From NCBI GenBank assembly GCA_965369175.1, contig CBDUPR010000002.1, positions 60,012 to 124,011 of the forward strand: DNA of 64,000 bases. The letters are read 5' to 3'. A program made the position numbers and the translations under genes. Source of the stretch: an uncultured Nitrosomonas sp. Its GTDB lineage: Bacteria; Pseudomonadota; Gammaproteobacteria; Burkholderiales; Nitrosomonadaceae. Shown here one piece after another: positions 60,798 to 64,000 of the stretch (positions are counted from its first letter, which is position 1; each line of letters opens with the position of its first letter). Below the pieces are notes generated by a model, which was not told the DNA's origin, ran no database searches, and saw only the letters and a program-made list of their open reading frames with translations.

Positions 60798-60923
60798 ATG
60801 CGCATGTCCTGTACCGTTTTTTTATTAATATTATTACTGAGTGCCTGTGGTTTGAAAGCGCCGCTTTATCTACCGCAAGATAATGCATTGCCTCATGCTT
60901 CACAGGATCCGAAGGAAAATTAA
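60798..60923 (+). CDS. lptM: small lipoprotein LptM/LppL-like upstream of lysA
   Basis: 41-aa ORF MRMSCTVFLLILLLSACGLKAPLYLPQ... with lipobox LSAC followed by GLKGPLYLP-like sequence. Its stop overlaps the lysA ATG (TAATG). It is below the ORF-track cutoff. Confidence 0.55.
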   Translation: MRMSCTVFLLILLLSACGLKAPLYLPQDNALPHASQDPKEN

Positions 60924-62176
60924 TGAGTGGTTTCTCATCTTTTATTTATCGTAATAATGAGCTTTATGCCGAATCGGTTTCTTTGCAACAGATTGCCCAT
61001 GAGTATGGAACGCCTTGTTATGTTTATTCGCGCTCAGCATTAACGAAGGCTTATCAAGAATTTGATTCTGCGTTTACTTCACATGCGCATCTTATTTGTT
61101 ATGCGGTCAAAGCGAATTCCAATATTGCCGTTCTTAATTTGTTTGCCCGTTTAGGCAGCGGCTTCGATATTGTTTCTGGTGGAGAATTACAGCGCGTTCT
61201 TAAAGCAGGCGGAGATCCACGGAAAGTTGTGTTTTCAGGTGTTGGTAAGAAGATTGATGAAATGCGTATGGCACTGACCGCTGATATTCTTTGTTTCAAT
61301 GTAGAGTCTGAAGCAGAATTATTGTTATTAAATCAGGTGGCCAGTGAAATGCATAAAACTGCACCCGTGAGTTTGCGAGTCAATCCTGATGTTGATGCAA
61401 AAACACATCCCTATATTTCTACCGGTTTAAAAGAAAATAAATTTGGAATACCGATCAATGAAGCGGAAAGACTCTATAGTTCTGCCAAGCAATTCTCTCA
61501 TATAAATTTTATGGGACTGGATTGCCATATTGGCTCTCAGCTAACCGATCTGGATCCATTCGTTCAGGCACGTAAAAAAATGTTTGATTTAGTGGATCGT
61601 CTGGAGAAGCAGGATTTACAAATTGATCATCTGGATCTTGGCGGTGGATTGGGTATTCGTTATGCTGATGAGAGCCCACCGTCCATAAAGGACTACGTTT
61701 TAGCTTTATGTGCCAGTATCGGCCAGCGTAAGAAACGTATTCTAATTGAACCAGGACGTTCGTTGGTAGGTAATTCTGGCTTGTTGCTTACTCGGGTAGA
61801 ATATCTTAAACATACCCCTGAGCGTAATTTTGCTATCGTAGATGCTGCCATGAATGATCTGATGCGTCCAGCTTTCTACAATGCTTATCATGAGATATTA
61901 CCGATTATGAAGAGTAAAGGAACTGTCTCTAATTATCAAATAGTGGGCCCAGTCTGTGAGACAGGTGATTTTCTTGGACATAACCGAAAACTGACTCTGA
62001 CAAGCGGAGATTTACTTGCTGTCATGTCCGCAGGTGCCTACGGCATGAGCATGAGTTCAAATTACAATACTCGCCCTCGCGCTGCTGAAGTGATGGTGGA
62101 CGATAATAATATTTATCTCATCCGTGAACGTGAATCGGTAGATCAGTTAATGGCTGCTGAGAAAATGCTCCCCTAA
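60923..62176 (+). CDS. lysA: diaminopimelate decarboxylase
   Basis: 417-aa ORF with a PLP-binding Lys in YAVKANSN, plus GGGLGI, EPGR and CETGD motifs. Confidence 0.95.
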   Translation: MSGFSSFIYRNNELYAESVSLQQIAHEYGTPCYVYSRSALTKAYQEFDSAFTSHAHLICYAVKANSNIAVLNLFARLGSGFDIVSGGELQRVLKAGGDPRKVVFSGVGKKIDEMRMALTADILCFNVESEAELLLLNQVASEMHKTAPVSLRVNPDVDAKTHPYISTGLKENKFGIPINEAERLYSSAKQFSHINFMGLDCHIGSQLTDLDPFVQARKKMFDLVDRLEKQDLQIDHLDLGGGLGIRYADESPPSIKDYVLALCASIGQRKKRILIEPGRSLVGNSGLLLTRVEYLKHTPERNFAIVDAAMNDLMRPAFYNAYHEILPIMKSKGTVSNYQIVGPVCETGDFLGHNRKLTLTSGDLLAVMSAGAYGMSMSSNYNTRPRAAEVMVDDNNIYLIRERESVDQLMAAEKMLP

Positions 62177-62318
62177 CTCAATACTTCCATCGAGTAATCA
62201 TGGAATAACGAAGAATAGCTGTTACTCACTAAGATTACGCTCTGATATACAGAAAGAGAGTGTCTCGGTGTCTTTAGTTATAGTAACATGCGATATTGAT
62301 TGACGCTCATATCTGTAA

Positions 62319-63371
62319 ATGACAAGCTATTCTAATTTTAAAGATGAACAATATCAGGATTACATTCTGCAGGGTGTCTCACGCACATTTGCTTTAACCA
62401 TTCCACAATTGCCAGAAGCACTGCGCCAAGTGATCGGAAATGCTTATTTGTTGTGCCGCATTACAGATACGATAGAAGATGATAATGCATTAACGCCGGA
62501 ACAAACTCGCAGGCTTTCAAATGTATTTATTGAGGTTGTTTGTGGAAATATTGCAGCGGAAGAATTTGTTGAAGAATTATTTCCACTTCTTTCTGACCAC
62601 ACTATTCCGGCTGAACACGAATTAATAAAAAATACACCCGCTATTATTCGCATTACACATAGTTTTAATGCCAGTCAGCGCGCGGCGTTAGAGCGCTGTA
62701 TTCGTATTATGGGACGCGGCATGGCTGATTATCAGGATACGGAAACACTAGCAGGATTAAAGGATTTATCCACATTAAATCAATATTGTTATTATGTTGC
62801 TGGCGTTGTGGGAGAAATGCTCACTGAATTATTTTGTGATTATTCGGAAAAAATAAACCGAAACAAACCGGCTTTAATGGAGTTGGCTGTATCATTCGGG
62901 CAGGGTCTGCAAATGACCAATATTCTTAAGGATATATGGGATGATAGAAGGCGGGGTGCGTGCTGGCTGCCACAAGATATTTTCCTTAAGGAAGGATTTG
63001 ATCTGAGCCAATTACGGCCTGGCAGTTCTGATGAAAGATTCCAGGCTGGGTTAGGTGTATTGCTGGGTGTAGCCAGGCAACATTTACAGAATGCGCTTGC
63101 TTATACCTGCATGATTCCCCCAGAGGAAAAGGGAGTGCGCCGATTTTGTCTATGGGCGTTGGGAATGGCGGTTCTAACGCTGAACAAGATTAATCAACAC
63201 CGTGACTTCAATGAGGCAAGGCAAGTTAAGATTACGCGTGGTAGCGTTAAGGCAACAATCTTAACTACAAGCTTATTTGCAAATTATAATCTAGTTCTAA
63301 ATGTTCTTTTCAATATAATGTCTAGAAATTTACCTGATACGAGCTTGATTGAGCTTTCTAAGCGATTATAA
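62319..63371 (+). CDS. squalene/phytoene synthase family enzyme (squalene synthase or HpnC/HpnD-like)
   Basis: 350-aa ORF with two Asp-rich motifs (RITDTIEDD and NILKDIWDD) and YCYYVAGVVG. Confidence 0.8.
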   Translation: MTSYSNFKDEQYQDYILQGVSRTFALTIPQLPEALRQVIGNAYLLCRITDTIEDDNALTPEQTRRLSNVFIEVVCGNIAAEEFVEELFPLLSDHTIPAEHELIKNTPAIIRITHSFNASQRAALERCIRIMGRGMADYQDTETLAGLKDLSTLNQYCYYVAGVVGEMLTELFCDYSEKINRNKPALMELAVSFGQGLQMTNILKDIWDDRRRGACWLPQDIFLKEGFDLSQLRPGSSDERFQAGLGVLLGVARQHLQNALAYTCMIPPEEKGVRRFCLWALGMAVLTLNKINQHRDFNEARQVKITRGSVKATILTTSLFANYNLVLNVLFNIMSRNLPDTSLIELSKRL

Positions 63372-63620
63372 AAATGCATGATTAGAATGTGATTGTATTG
63401 AAGAAATTAAGCGAAGAGAGTTTGTTTTCTTAAGTACAGATTCATTAAGAGTTTAATCGAATTTTAATAATCGATCGCTATCAGATAAGACAATGAGAAC
63501 AGATTGGTCTGATATTAAGATCTGTATCACTTCTATTAATCATCATATTTTGGAAATATGCTTGTTTTTGCTATTTAAATATTCGAAAAGCGTTAAATCC
63601 AATCAGGATATTACCTTATT

Positions 63621-64000
63621 ATGAAATCATTGGTTACTGGCGCAACTGGTTTTCTCGGCTCAGCTGTGATGCATTGTTTGCTGGCAGCAGGTCATGAAGT
63701 TAGAGTATTGGTTAGGCCAAAGAGTGATCGGCGTAATCTTGGAAAACTACCGATTGAAATAGTTGAAGGAGATCTACGTGATTCTGTATCGTTAAAACGC
63801 GCTACTGTGGGTTGCGATAACTTATTTCATGTTGCTGCGGATTATCGACTCTGGGTACCTGATCCCGAGACCATGTATGACATTAATGTCAAAGGAACTC
63901 GCGCATTAATATTAGCGTCTGTTGATGCCGGTGTAAAGCGTATCGTCTATACTAGCAGTGTGGCTGTATTAGGGCTGAATCACGGGGGGGTATCGGCAAA
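63621..64000 (+). CDS. NAD-dependent epimerase/dehydratase, hopanoid-associated HpnA-like (5' part, runs off right edge)
   Basis: The ATG at 63621 gives MKSLVTGATGFLGSAVMHCLLAAGHEVRVLVRPKSDRRNL...YTSSVAVLG, a Rossmann GxxGxxG extended-SDR N-terminus. It lies next to the squalene synthase gene. Confidence 0.75.
   Translation, partial: MKSLVTGATGFLGSAVMHCLLAAGHEVRVLVRPKSDRRNLGKLPIEIVEGDLRDSVSLKRATVGCDNLFHVAADYRLWVPDPETMYDINVKGTRALILASVDAGVKRIVYTSSVAVLGLNHGGVSA

Overview
Chromosomal window from a visibly AT-rich proteobacterium. Gene content and order look betaproteobacterial, possibly Nitrosomonadales-like, but that assignment is inference from recalled protein families, not a search result. 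Nearly all of it is core genome.

Layout:
- 1-3.7 kb: a partial UbiH-type monooxygenase, a secreted ankyrin-repeat protein, a Sel1-repeat lipoprotein and an aldehyde dehydrogenase.
- 3.8-15.4 kb: a contiguous flagellar rod/hook/ring cluster, flgA divergent from flgBCDEFGHIJKL.
- 16.2-30.9 kb: a minus-strand housekeeping block with the enterobacterial/pseudomonad order nadB | rpoE-rseA-rseB-mucD-(grx-like)-lepA-lepB-(DUF4845)-rnc-era-pdxJ-acpS-nagZ-lpdA. recO is missing from its usual slot.
- 31-38 kb: a long non-coding gap, a DUF498 gene, flgM-flgN with a good sigma-28 promoter, an EI24-like membrane protein, and a GlrK/QseG/GlrR-like histidine kinase - lipoprotein - sigma-54 activator operon.
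- 38-40.3 kb: rlpA, decayed IS3-family remnants and a tRNA-Leu/Cys/Gly cluster downstream of uvrC-pgsA.
- 42.9-64 kb: tautomerase, UDG, tamA-tamB, holB-tmk, ampD, hexose-6-P mutarotase, queG, tsaE, amiC, a four-gene STAS-MlaE/MlaF/MCE/lipoprotein transporter, lptM-lysA and the start of a hopanoid (squalene synthase, hpnA-like) cluster.

I see no CRISPR array, rRNA, prophage, intact mobile element or recognisable defence system. The most unusual signals are non-coding:
- a promoter-to-terminator unit on the minus strand just downstream of the glrR-like gene, a candidate small RNA;
- a roughly 70-nt element present twice (31.2 kb and 37.9 kb);
- an orphan sigma-54-like promoter;
- a triple heptamer repeat upstream of the flgM promoter.

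All functional interpretations of these are hypotheses.
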